Source: Trichormus sp. ATA11-4-KO1 (lineage in GTDB: Bacteria; Cyanobacteriota; Cyanobacteriia; Cyanobacteriales; Nostocaceae). From it: a stretch of DNA of 64,000 nt. The position numbers and the translations under genes are program-made. Every line of letters starts with the position of its first letter. Position 1 is the stretch's first letter. Positions 30,979 through 41,486 of the stretch are shown here, piece after piece. The notes under the pieces are model-generated. The model ran no database searches. It worked only from the letters and a program-made list of their open reading frames with translations, and was not told where the DNA came from. The DNA is taken from the NCBI GenBank assembly GCA_019358915.1, contig JAHHIM010000020.1, positions 1 through 64,000 of the forward strand, written 5' to 3'.

Positions 30979-33900
30979 ATGAAAGTCTCAGCAGATTTAA
31001 GTAATATAACTGGTTTAGAAATAGCGATTATTGGTATGAGTGGCTGTTTTTCTGGCGCTCAAAATATTGAGGAGTTTTGGCAAAATCTGCGAGATGGAGT
31101 GGAATTAATCCATAGATTTTCCGATCAAGAATTAGAAAAATTAGGTATAGAAGCTGCCTTATTAAAAGACCCAAATTATGTTAAAGCCGAGGGTGTAGTT
31201 AATGGTATAGACTTATTTGATGCTTCATTCTTCGACATCAGTCCGAGGGAAGCTGAAGTTATGGACCCTTCACTGCGTTTTTTCTTGGAACATTCATGGA
31301 AAGCACTTGAAGACGCAGGTTATAGCTGTGAAGCCTATAAAAAACCAATTGCAGTCTATGCCGGTGCAAGTTTTGACAGTTATCTACTTAATATATATTC
31401 AAATTACGAGCTTGTAGCCTCTCTTGGTGATAGACAGATAGAAAAAGGAACTTCTCCAAGTTGTGTTACTACACTTACTTCTTATAAATTAAACTTACAA
31501 GGGCCGAGTTATACAGTTCAAACCACCTGCTCCAGCTCATTAGTTGCTGTACATTTAGCTTGTCAAAGTTTGCTCAGTGGTGAGTGTAATATTGCTTTAG
31601 CCGGAGGAGTTTCAATATCGACAGCAGATGGTTATTTATATCAAGAAGGAGGAATTGAATCACCCGATGGACATTGCCGTGCTTTTGATGCAAAAGCTGC
31701 GGGAACCGTCAGAGGCAGGGGTTTAGGTGTTATCGTTCTCAAGCGTTTAGAAGAAGCGATCGCCGATGGAGATACCATCCATGCTATTATTAAAGGCTCT
31801 GCTATTAATAACGATGGGTCAGATAAAGTTAGCTACACGGCACCCAGCGTCAATGGTCAAGCCAAGGTAATTAGAGCCGCTCAGGTAATGGCTGAGGTCG
31901 AACCCGATACCATTACCTATATCGAAGCACACGGCACTGGAACTGCTTTAGGTGATCCCATTGAAATATCTGCGTTAACACAAGCTTTTCGGACTAAAAC
32001 ACTCAAAAAAGGCTTTTGTGGCATTGGTTCTGTGAAAACTAACATAGGACATTTAGATGCAGCTGCAGGAATCGCAGGTTTGATTAAGACTGTACTAGCT
32101 TTAAAACACAAACAAATTCCGCCTAGTTTGAACTTTGAAGAACCATCACCCCAAATAGATTTCGCCAATAGTCCTTTTTATATCAATCACAAATTATCTG
32201 AGTGGAAAACTAACGGTATCCCTCGCCGTGCAGGTGTTAGTTCCTTCGGTTTTGGCGGCACAAATGCCCATGTGATTTTGGAAGCAGCTCCAGTAATTGA
32301 ACCCTCCAGTCCTTCTCGTCCCTGGCAATTATTATTACTTTCAGCTAAGACGAATACAGCACTGGAAACTGCTACCGAAAATCTGGCTAATCATCTCAAA
32401 AAGCATCCAAATTTAAATCTCGCTGATGCTGCTCATACTTTGCAAGTGGGGCGCTGGACTCTGAATCATCGCCGCATGGTAGTTTGCCAAAATCAAGAAG
32501 ATGCAATTAAGGCACTGCAAGACCCGCAAAGAGCATTCATCCATTATCAAGAACCTTGTAATCGCCCAGTTGCGTTTATGTTTTCTGGGCAAGGTTCGCA
32601 ATATGTAAATATGGGTCGGGAATTATACGACAGCGAAATTATATTTAGAGAACAAGTTGATTACTGCTGCAAACTGCTTAAACCTCACTTAAAATTAGAC
32701 TTGCGTATAGTTCTTTATCCCAACGAAGAAACATCTCAAGCAGCAACACAAAAATTGCAGCAAACAGCAATTACTCAACCAGCCCTGTTCGTCATTGAAT
32801 ACGCTCTTGCTAAGTTATGGATGACATGGGGTGTACGCCCACAGATGATGATTGGTCACAGTATAGGAGAGTATGTAGCTGCGACTTTGGCTGGAGTGTT
32901 TTCTTTAGAAGATGCTTTATTCATAGTAGCCACAAGAGGAAAACTCATGCAGGAGTTACCTGGTGGTGCTATGCTCTCAATTCAGCTTCCAGAAAAGGAA
33001 GTACAAAAATTCCTAGAAAAAGAAATATCTCTAGCTGCAAGTAATGCGCCTTCTTCCTGCGTGGTATCTGGTACCACAGAAGCAATAGAGAACTTGCAAC
33101 ATAAATTACAACAAATAGGTGTAAGTTGTAGGCCTTTGCATACTTCCCATGCCTTTCATTCTCCAATGATGACATCCGTCATTGAAAGCTTTGTGCAATT
33201 GTTACAAACAGTCAAACTCAATCCGCCTCAAAGTCCTTTTGTGTCAAACGTTAGTGGAACTTGGATAACAACAGCCCAAGCAACAGACCCCAATTATTGG
33301 GCAAAACATTTAAGGCAACCTGTACGTTTTTGTGAAGGAATTATTGAGTTAGCTAAAACCCCAGAAATATTATTCTTAGAAGTAGGCCCTGGAAGGACTT
33401 TAAGCACTTTTGTTAAACAACAACAAAAAGCAGAATCTTTAGTACTGACCTCAATGCGCCATCCCCAAGAGCAGCAGTCTGATGTCGAATTTTTATTGAA
33501 TAGTTTAGGTAAGCTATGGCTAGTGGGGGTGAAAGTAGATTGGTCTGGTTTTTACTCCTATGAGCGTCGTCATCGCATTCCTTTACCAACTTATCCGTTT
33601 GAACGCCAGCGTTACTGGATTGAGGTAAATAAAAACGCGACTCTGGCTATGAAGCAACAGCAATCGACAGACAAAAAGCCAGATATTGCTGACTGGTTTT
33701 ACATTCCTCGTTGGAAAGAATCTACACCGCTCCAGCTTTTTCCCCAAGAGAAACTAGTAGAACAAAAATTATGTTGGTTAGTGTTTGTTGATACCTATGG
33801 AGTGGGCACAGAAATTGCCGAACGACTCAAACAACAAGGTCAGGATGTAATTAGCGTCAAATTTGCAGATAATTTTGCAAAAATTAGTGACTGTATATAT

Positions 33901-35715
33901 ACAATTAATCCTCAGCAAAGGGATGACTATGATAGTTTGCTGCAAGCATTACAACAAAAGAATTGGATTCCACAAAGAATTGCCCATTGTTGGAGCGTTA
34001 CTCCCAACGATGTTGTATCTAGTCAAGAGCTAGACGAACAAACACAAAATCAATTTTTTGAAGATTTTCAGTATCTCGGTTTCTGGAGCTTGCTTTTTTT
34101 GGCGCAGGCATGGGGAAAACGAGATATTAAGAATTGTTTGAAGTTGATGGTCGTAACTAGTAATTTATATGATGTCACTGGTGAAGAAAAATTATGCCCC
34201 TCAAAGGCAACCTTATTAGGTCCATGTAAGGTAATTCCCAAGGAATATTCCCATATAAATTGCTGTACTATTGATATAGTAATTAACTCTGCAAAAACCC
34301 TATTAGAACCCAAAGTTTTAAATAATCTCATCCTAGAATTTACAGCAGAGCCAAGTAATGACATAGTTGTCTATCGTGGCAATCGTCGCTGGATTCAATC
34401 CTTCGAGCCTGTGCGTTTAGAGCAGAGCATAGCTGATAAAACTAAGTTAAGGGAGGGAGGGGTTTACTTAATTACTGGTGGATTAGGTGGCATTGGTTTA
34501 GTATTAGCAGAACACCTAGCAAAGACTGTGCAGGCTAAATTGGTGCTGGTGGGACGCAAGCAACTTCCTGAAAAAGATAATTGGTCTCAATGGTTAGCAA
34601 CTCATGATGAGCAAGATAAGGTGAGCCAGATAATTCATCATGTGCAATTATTGGAGAGTTTTGGTGCAGAAGTTTTGGTAATTAGTGCTGATGTAACTAA
34701 TTTCGCACAAATGCAATCTGTAATTGCTCAGTCAGTAGAAAAATTTGGTCAGATTCATGGTGTAGTCCATGCAGCTGGTGTTGCTGGTGGAGGTATCATA
34801 CAACTCAAAACCCAGGAGATAGCAAATAAGGTACTAGCACCAAAAGTTAGAGGAACAATAGTACTCAAGCAAGTTTGTCAGAGAATTAATCTAGATTTCT
34901 TGGTGCTGTGCTCATCTCAAAGCTCTATTTTGGGTGAATTTGGACAGGTTGATTATTGTGCAGCTAATAACTTTTTAGATGTATATGCCTATAATGTTAA
35001 TAAATCTGGACTGTTAACAATATCAATCGACTGGGACACTTGGCAAGAAGTCGGTATGGCAGTGGAAACTGTTGTCCCAAATGAAATTAAACAAATAAGG
35101 GAAAAAGAGCGAAATAAAGGAATCAAGTCTCAAGAAGGAATCGAAGCTTTTAATCGTATTTTGTCAGTTAATCTACCTCATGTTATTGTATCGACACAAG
35201 ATTTTGCAGCTTTAATTGAGCATAATAATTCTTTCAAGTATCTCGAAGAAGGATTAGCATCTTTAGAAGATAAATTAGCTTCAACAAGCCTTTCTCAAGC
35301 AATCCATCCCCGTCCTCATCTACGTAATGATTATGTTGCTCCTCGCAATGAAGAGGAAGTAATTGTGGCTCAAATCTGGCAAAATTTGCTAGGAATTAAA
35401 CAGATAGGTATTTATGATAATTTTTTTGAATTGGGAGGAGATTCCTTATTAGCCACTCAACTTTTTTCTCGGTTACATAAAGAGTTTCCAGTCAAACTGT
35501 CTTTGCATAGCTTTTTTGCTGCGCCCACTATCATTGAACAAGCCTTAATAGTTAAACAGAGTCACAATTCAGGAGAAAATAGTAACCTCAAAATGATAGA
35601 AAGAATCGAGCGAAGTAATGAACAACAAACATTAGCCAAGCTTGATGAAATTTCTGATCAAGAAATTGAGCTATTACTTAATAATATGTTAGCAAGCAAA
35701 GAGGCTAACCAATGA
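30979..35715 (+). CDS. Type I PKS module: KS-AT-KR-ACP
   Basis: KS TTCSSS/HGTGT/NIGH; AT GHSIG and HAFHS; KR GGLGGIG and YCAAN; ACP GGDSL. Confidence 0.93.
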   Translation: MKVSADLSNITGLEIAIIGMSGCFSGAQNIEEFWQNLRDGVELIHRFSDQELEKLGIEAALLKDPNYVKAEGVVNGIDLFDASFFDISPREAEVMDPSLRFFLEHSWKALEDAGYSCEAYKKPIAVYAGASFDSYLLNIYSNYELVASLGDRQIEKGTSPSCVTTLTSYKLNLQGPSYTVQTTCSSSLVAVHLACQSLLSGECNIALAGGVSISTADGYLYQEGGIESPDGHCRAFDAKAAGTVRGRGLGVIVLKRLEEAIADGDTIHAIIKGSAINNDGSDKVSYTAPSVNGQAKVIRAAQVMAEVEPDTITYIEAHGTGTALGDPIEISALTQAFRTKTLKKGFCGIGSVKTNIGHLDAAAGIAGLIKTVLALKHKQIPPSLNFEEPSPQIDFANSPFYINHKLSEWKTNGIPRRAGVSSFGFGGTNAHVILEAAPVIEPSSPSRPWQLLLLSAKTNTALETATENLANHLKKHPNLNLADAAHTLQVGRWTLNHRRMVVCQNQEDAIKALQDPQRAFIHYQEPCNRPVAFMFSGQGSQYVNMGRELYDSEIIFREQVDYCCKLLKPHLKLDLRIVLYPNEETSQAATQKLQQTAITQPALFVIEYALAKLWMTWGVRPQMMIGHSIGEYVAATLAGVFSLEDALFIVATRGKLMQELPGGAMLSIQLPEKEVQKFLEKEISLAASNAPSSCVVSGTTEAIENLQHKLQQIGVSCRPLHTSHAFHSPMMTSVIESFVQLLQTVKLNPPQSPFVSNVSGTWITTAQATDPNYWAKHLRQPVRFCEGIIELAKTPEILFLEVGPGRTLSTFVKQQQKAESLVLTSMRHPQEQQSDVEFLLNSLGKLWLVGVKVDWSGFYSYERRHRIPLPTYPFERQRYWIEVNKNATLAMKQQQSTDKKPDIADWFYIPRWKESTPLQLFPQEKLVEQKLCWLVFVDTYGVGTEIAERLKQQGQDVISVKFADNFAKISDCIYTINPQQRDDYDSLLQALQQKNWIPQRIAHCWSVTPNDVVSSQELDEQTQNQFFEDFQYLGFWSLLFLAQAWGKRDIKNCLKLMVVTSNLYDVTGEEKLCPSKATLLGPCKVIPKEYSHINCCTIDIVINSAKTLLEPKVLNNLILEFTAEPSNDIVVYRGNRRWIQSFEPVRLEQSIADKTKLREGGVYLITGGLGGIGLVLAEHLAKTVQAKLVLVGRKQLPEKDNWSQWLATHDEQDKVSQIIHHVQLLESFGAEVLVISADVTNFAQMQSVIAQSVEKFGQIHGVVHAAGVAGGGIIQLKTQEIANKVLAPKVRGTIVLKQVCQRINLDFLVLCSSQSSILGEFGQVDYCAANNFLDVYAYNVNKSGLLTISIDWDTWQEVGMAVETVVPNEIKQIREKERNKGIKSQEGIEAFNRILSVNLPHVIVSTQDFAALIEHNNSFKYLEEGLASLEDKLASTSLSQAIHPRPHLRNDYVAPRNEEEVIVAQIWQNLLGIKQIGIYDNFFELGGDSLLATQLFSRLHKEFPVKLSLHSFFAAPTIIEQALIVKQSHNSGENSNLKMIERIERSNEQQTLAKLDEISDQEIELLLNNMLASKEANQ

Positions 35716-38700
35716 CAAACACTCACGATAATACTATTCATGGACTTTCCTCACAAACAAAACGTGAGCTTTTAGCAAAATTGCTGCAAGAAAAAGTGGG
35801 GAAGCCTCAAATTTTCCCCATGTCTTTTGCTCAACAAAGAATTTGGTTTATAGACCAATTACAGCCTGGAAATTTTGCTAATCATATATGGGCAGCTTTG
35901 CATATTCAGGGTTGCTTAAATCAAGTTTCATTATTACAAACTCTGAACGAAATCGTGCATCGCCATGAGGTTTTGCGAACTACTTTCGCAACTATATCAG
36001 AACAACCTGTTCAGGTGATTATTCCTAATTTAAACTTGGATTTACCAATTATCAATCTGGAAAATCTATCTAAGATTGAGCAAGGAACTGAAGTTAAAAA
36101 GTTAGTTAGACAAGAAATAGAAAAACCCTTCAATTTGAGCCAACCTCCATTACTGCGAGCTACTTTGCTGCGTCTAGGTGAGATAGAACATATTGTAGTG
36201 TTTACAATGCACCACATTATCTCTGATGGTTGGTCAATGGGAGTGCTAATTCAAGAAGTCGCAGCACTTTATGAAGCCTTCTCAAAAGGACAACCCTCAC
36301 CCTTAGCAGAATTGCCAATTCAATACGTAGACTTCGCTGCTTGGCAACGACAATGGCTACAACAAGAAGTATTAAAATCACAAATATCTTATTGGAAAAA
36401 ACAGTTAGAGGGCGTACCCAAATTATTGGAATTACCCACTAACTACCCAAGACCAGCAATTCAAACTTTCCGGGGTGCAACCTATTCATTTAAGTTATCT
36501 GATGAATTATCTATAGCCTTAAATAAGTTAAGCCAGCAGCATGGAATTACCTTATTTATGACCCTGTTGGCAGCTTGGCAAACACTGCTATGGCATTATA
36601 CGGGTAATGAAGATATTGTAGTTGGGTCGCCCATTGCTAATCGCAACCGATCTGAACTAGAAGGATTAATTGGATTTTTTGCCAATACAATTGTACTGAG
36701 AACTAATTTGGCAGGTAATCCCAGGTTTACAGAGCTACTCAAACGGGTGCAGGAAGTAGCATTGGGAGCTTATGCTCACCAAGACTTGCCTTTTGAGTTG
36801 TTAGTTGAAGAACTACAGCCACAGCGAGACTTAAGTCATACACCGCTATTTCAAGTGATGTTTGTGCTTCAGAATGCTCCCATGTCTGCGTTAGAGTTAC
36901 CTGGTTTAACTATTAGTCCGTTAAATTTTGATAATGGCACGGCCAAGTTTGATTTGACTCTAGACATGACAGAAACCGAACAGGGACTATTTGGCACTTT
37001 AGAATACGATACTGATTTGTTTACGGAAACTTCCATAAAAAGAATGGCGGGTCATTTGCAAACTTTGCTAGCAGGAATTGTAACTAATCCACAGCAGCGT
37101 CTTGCAGAATCATCACTGCTCACAGAATCTGAAAAACATCAATTACTTGTAGAGTGGAACAATACAAAAATTGAGTATTCTCAGTGTCAATGTATTCATC
37201 AATTGTTTGAGGCGCAAGTAGAACGGAAACCTGATGCTATAGCTGTAGTATTTGCAGACCAACAGTTAACCTATCAGGAACTCAACAACAGAGCCAATCA
37301 ACTAGCACATTATTTGCAACTACTGGGAGTGCAACCAGAGGTCTTGGTAGGAATTTGTGTAGAGCGATCGCTTGATATGATCATTGGCATATTAGCTATC
37401 CTCAAGGCTGGTGGTGCATACATCCCACTAGACCCTAATTATCCCCAAGAACGATTAGCATTCATCCTCGAAGATACCCACGTGTCGGTGGTGTTGACTC
37501 AAGCCTCGCTGTTGACAAAAATACCCCAACACCAAGCACAAGTCATTTGTTTAGATGCTGATTGGCAAACAAATACCCAACAAAGCCAAGAAAATTTATT
37601 CTCCCAACTCACTCCTGATAACTTGGCTTATGTTATCTATACCTCTGGTTCCACAGGTAAGCCCAAGGGTGTGCAAATTACCCACAAGGCTTTGAGCAAC
37701 TTTCTGTTGGCGATGAAACAAACCCCTGGAATCACCGCAGAAGACATCTTACTCGCAGTCACGACCTATTCTTTTGATATTGCAGCATTAGAATTATTTT
37801 TACCAATCATCATCGGCGCGCGCTCAGTCATTGTTAGCCGGGAAATAGCCGTAGATGGAATACAGTTGTCAGCAAAACTAATTGACTCAAAAGCTACAGT
37901 TATGCAAGCCACACCAGCTACTTGGCAGTTACTTTTAACAGCAGGTTGGAGTGGTAATCGTCAATTAAAAATTCTTTGTGGTGGCGAAGCTTTACCCGTA
38001 CATTTAGCTCATCAATTACGTCAACAATGTGCTTCTTTGTGGAATATGTACGGCCCTACCGAAACCACAATTTGGTCAGCAGCATCAGAGGTCAAAACTG
38101 ATAGCGAAGTTGTATCCATTAGTCAGCCAATTGCCAATACGCAATTATATATCTTAGACCAATATAACCAGTTAGTTCCTGTAGGTGTAGCAGGCGAATT
38201 ACATATAGGCGGGGATGGATTGGCGCGTGGGTATTTCCTCCGTCCTGATATTACAGCAGAAAAATTTATTCCTCATCCCTACGCTAAAAACATAGGAGAA
38301 AGGTTATACAAAACTGGAGATTTAGCCCGTTATCTGCCGAATGGAGAGATAGAGTACATTGGTCGGATTGACTATCAAGTAAAAGTACGTGGTTTTCGGA
38401 TTGAACTAGGCGAAATTGAAGCTGTCATCAATCAATATCCCGCAGTTCGAGAAACCATAGTCACAGTACGAGAAGATGAAGTAGATTCTCAGAGTTTAGT
38501 AGCTTATGTAGTTCCTCAAGTTCAGCAAAGATTGGTAACTACAGAATTGCGAAGATTCTTAGAGTCAAAGTTGCCTAGTTACATGATACCGGGGGCTGTT
38601 GTCATGCTGGAGGCGCTGCCACTCACGCCTAATGGTAAAGTTGACCGCAAAGCTTTACCTGCTCCTGATTTGACATTGTTATCATCAGTTAATCTGCTGA

Positions 38701-40397
38701 CTGCGACTACACCGATTGAGAATTTATTAACGGGTATTTGGGCGGAAGTACTTGGTATTAATCAAATAGGTGTTGAGCAAAATTTCTTTGAATTGGGAGG
38801 ACACTCTTTAATTGCGACTCGCGTTATTTCCCAAATTCGCCAAGTGTTTCAAGTAGAGTTACCTTTAAGTTATTTGTTTGCAAAACCAACTATTGCTGGA
38901 CTAGCAAAAGAAATTGAAAAAGCGATTCAGGCAAACTCAGGAGTTGAACAGACGAATATTGAGCGAGTTGAGCGATCGCCACAATTACCGCTATCATTTG
39001 CTCAACAAAGACTGTGGTTTCTCGACCAGTTGGAACCAAACAACAGTGCCTATAACATTTTCCACGCTGTAAGGATTCAGGGTTCGCTCAACATTGTTGC
39101 ACTCAAGCAGAGTTTCCAGGAAATTGTGCAGCGTCATGAAGCTTTGCGAACCAGCTTTCAAACTATAGATGGTCAACCAATACAGGTTATTGCTCCCATC
39201 CTAAATCTGTCCATCCCCGTCATAGATTTAAGTGAATGCTCTTTATTAGAACAAGAACTAGAGATCCATCAGTTAGCCACACAAGAGGCGCAACAACCTT
39301 TTGACTTAACCCAATGCCCTTTACTCAGGGTGACTCTAGTGCAATTGCACGCACAAGAATACATCATCCTGCTGACAATACACCACATTGTCTCAGATGC
39401 CTGGTCAATGGGGATATTAGTTGAGGAATTAGCAGCGCTGTACCCCGTCTTTTGCACTGGTAAGCCTTTGCAACTTGCGGAATTACCTATCCAGTATGCA
39501 GATTTTGCAGTTTGGCAGCGCCAATGGTTCCAAAAAGATGTATTACAAACCCAGCTTGCTTATTGGAAACAACAACTAGGTAGTACATGTCCCCGATTAG
39601 CATTGCCTAAACCATCTTTGCGTGCAACTGTTGAAACTAACCAAGGTGCAAAGCAATCATTTACATTGTCTCCAGAGATAAGTGAGGCGATTAATCTGCT
39701 AAGTCGTGAAAAAGGGGTAACTTTATTCATGACATTGCTAGCAGCTTTCCAAGTGTTGCTTTATTGTTTTACAGGTACTCAAGATATCCGAATTGGTTCA
39801 CCCATCGCCAACCGCAACCGAGTGGAGATTGAAAAACTGATTGGATTCTTTGTCAATACCTTGGTGCTACGTATCGACTTATCTGGTAATCCTAGTTTCT
39901 CAGAATTATTGGTGCGATCGCGTCAAGTTACCTTAGAAGCCTATGCACATCAATACTTGCCTTTTGAAAAACTCGTAGAAGAACTACAACCACAAAGAAA
40001 TTTAAATCATCATCCATTGTATCAAGCATGGTTTGTCCTCCAAAATACTCCCATGCCGCCGTTAGAACTACCAAATTTAACCCTCACTTCATTTGAGGTT
40101 GACAGCAATCCAGTGCGACATGATTTACTTTTAGAAATTTGGCCAAGTCCAGAAGGTCTTAAAGGCAGGTTTGAGTATAAAACTGACTTATTTGACAAGG
40201 CTAGTATTTCTCGATTGATTAAATATTTAAACACACTTCTAAGCCATGTTGTTGCACATCCAAATACAACGCTCAATGAACTAGCAACAATGATTGCTCA
40301 AATTGATAGAGAACAACAGAAACTGCAAAAACAAGAACTTCAAGCCACAGAACATCAGAAATTAAAGATGATTAAACGAAAAACTATCCGCAATTAA
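35712..40397 (+). CDS. NRPS: C-A(Gly)-PCP-C
   Basis: C1 HHIISDG; code DILQLGMIWK (Gly); PCP GGHSL; terminal LCL-type C HHIVSDA. Confidence 0.92.
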   Translation: MTNTHDNTIHGLSSQTKRELLAKLLQEKVGKPQIFPMSFAQQRIWFIDQLQPGNFANHIWAALHIQGCLNQVSLLQTLNEIVHRHEVLRTTFATISEQPVQVIIPNLNLDLPIINLENLSKIEQGTEVKKLVRQEIEKPFNLSQPPLLRATLLRLGEIEHIVVFTMHHIISDGWSMGVLIQEVAALYEAFSKGQPSPLAELPIQYVDFAAWQRQWLQQEVLKSQISYWKKQLEGVPKLLELPTNYPRPAIQTFRGATYSFKLSDELSIALNKLSQQHGITLFMTLLAAWQTLLWHYTGNEDIVVGSPIANRNRSELEGLIGFFANTIVLRTNLAGNPRFTELLKRVQEVALGAYAHQDLPFELLVEELQPQRDLSHTPLFQVMFVLQNAPMSALELPGLTISPLNFDNGTAKFDLTLDMTETEQGLFGTLEYDTDLFTETSIKRMAGHLQTLLAGIVTNPQQRLAESSLLTESEKHQLLVEWNNTKIEYSQCQCIHQLFEAQVERKPDAIAVVFADQQLTYQELNNRANQLAHYLQLLGVQPEVLVGICVERSLDMIIGILAILKAGGAYIPLDPNYPQERLAFILEDTHVSVVLTQASLLTKIPQHQAQVICLDADWQTNTQQSQENLFSQLTPDNLAYVIYTSGSTGKPKGVQITHKALSNFLLAMKQTPGITAEDILLAVTTYSFDIAALELFLPIIIGARSVIVSREIAVDGIQLSAKLIDSKATVMQATPATWQLLLTAGWSGNRQLKILCGGEALPVHLAHQLRQQCASLWNMYGPTETTIWSAASEVKTDSEVVSISQPIANTQLYILDQYNQLVPVGVAGELHIGGDGLARGYFLRPDITAEKFIPHPYAKNIGERLYKTGDLARYLPNGEIEYIGRIDYQVKVRGFRIELGEIEAVINQYPAVRETIVTVREDEVDSQSLVAYVVPQVQQRLVTTELRRFLESKLPSYMIPGAVVMLEALPLTPNGKVDRKALPAPDLTLLSSVNLLTATTPIENLLTGIWAEVLGINQIGVEQNFFELGGHSLIATRVISQIRQVFQVELPLSYLFAKPTIAGLAKEIEKAIQANSGVEQTNIERVERSPQLPLSFAQQRLWFLDQLEPNNSAYNIFHAVRIQGSLNIVALKQSFQEIVQRHEALRTSFQTIDGQPIQVIAPILNLSIPVIDLSECSLLEQELEIHQLATQEAQQPFDLTQCPLLRVTLVQLHAQEYIILLTIHHIVSDAWSMGILVEELAALYPVFCTGKPLQLAELPIQYADFAVWQRQWFQKDVLQTQLAYWKQQLGSTCPRLALPKPSLRATVETNQGAKQSFTLSPEISEAINLLSREKGVTLFMTLLAAFQVLLYCFTGTQDIRIGSPIANRNRVEIEKLIGFFVNTLVLRIDLSGNPSFSELLVRSRQVTLEAYAHQYLPFEKLVEELQPQRNLNHHPLYQAWFVLQNTPMPPLELPNLTLTSFEVDSNPVRHDLLLEIWPSPEGLKGRFEYKTDLFDKASISRLIKYLNTLLSHVVAHPNTTLNELATMIAQIDREQQKLQKQELQATEHQKLKMIKRKTIRN

Positions 40398-40412
40398 ATC
40401 AGAAAATTAACA

Positions 40413-41471
40413 ATGACAAATACCAGTTTTAATAAAAAAATCAAAAAATTGGGGATTATCAATCGTAAATCTGTCAGTGTATCCCCAGACGAATTAATCA
40501 AAATCTCGTATTTGCAACCCAAAACCTCTCTTCCTTTAATTGTGCAACCAAATGTAGAATCCTTAAATCTGATAGTTTGGACTCAGCATAATCGCCCTTG
40601 GATTGAAAAGAATTTATTGCAACATGGAGGCATACTTTTTCGAGATTTTAACGTCAAAAATATAACTGAATTTGAGCAATTTATGCAAGCAATTTCAGGA
40701 AACTTGCTGCAATATTCTTATCGTTCTACGCCACGTACTCAGGTCAGTGAAAATATTTATACTTCTACTGAATATCCGGCAACTCATTTCATTCCTTTAC
40801 ATAATGAAATGTCTTACTCTCGTACTTGGCCGATGAAAATTGCCTTTTTTTGTATTAATAAAGCGCCACAAGGAGGAGAAACGCCAATTGCAGATAGTCG
40901 CCGGATTTTTGCTCGTTTAGATACAAAAATTAAAGAAAAGTTCCTGCAAAAACAAGTAATGTATGTGCGAAACTATGGAATAGGATTAGATTTATCCTGG
41001 CAGAATGTCTTTAATACTAATAACAAATCTGAAGTAGAAGCATATTGCCAGAAAATAGGAATTGAATTAGAGTGGAAAGATAGTGATACTTCCGGTATCA
41101 GCTTAAAAACTCGTCAAATCTGTCAAGCCGTTGCCAAGCATCCCCAGACATCCGAAATAGTTTGGTTTAATCAAGCTCATTTATTCCATGTATCTAATCT
41201 AGAACCAACTATTCGCGCACAGCTTTTGGCTGATTTCTCAGAAGAAAATTTACCTCGCAATAGTTATTACGGTGATGGTTCTGCCATTGAGACTTCGATA
41301 TTAGAAGAAATTCGAGAAATTTATCAGCAAGAAGCAATTATTTTTCCTTGGCAAGCAGGAGATATATTGCTACTGGATAATATGCTGGCTGCACATGGTA
41401 GGATGCCATTTCAAGGCTCACGTAAGGTTGTAGTCGGGATGGCTGAAGAATACAATTGTCAGGAAGTTTAG
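40413..41471 (+). CDS. Stand-alone TauD/SyrP-like Fe(II)/2OG dioxygenase (putative aspartyl beta-hydroxylase)
   Basis: YTSTEYP, PLHNEMSY (HxE), GGETPIAD, WFNQAHLFH, DNMLAAHGR. Directly precedes an Asp module. Confidence 0.88.
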   Translation: MTNTSFNKKIKKLGIINRKSVSVSPDELIKISYLQPKTSLPLIVQPNVESLNLIVWTQHNRPWIEKNLLQHGGILFRDFNVKNITEFEQFMQAISGNLLQYSYRSTPRTQVSENIYTSTEYPATHFIPLHNEMSYSRTWPMKIAFFCINKAPQGGETPIADSRRIFARLDTKIKEKFLQKQVMYVRNYGIGLDLSWQNVFNTNNKSEVEAYCQKIGIELEWKDSDTSGISLKTRQICQAVAKHPQTSEIVWFNQAHLFHVSNLEPTIRAQLLADFSEENLPRNSYYGDGSAIETSILEEIREIYQQEAIIFPWQAGDILLLDNMLAAHGRMPFQGSRKVVVGMAEEYNCQEV

Positions 41472-41486
41472 TGCAAAAAACAGGTT

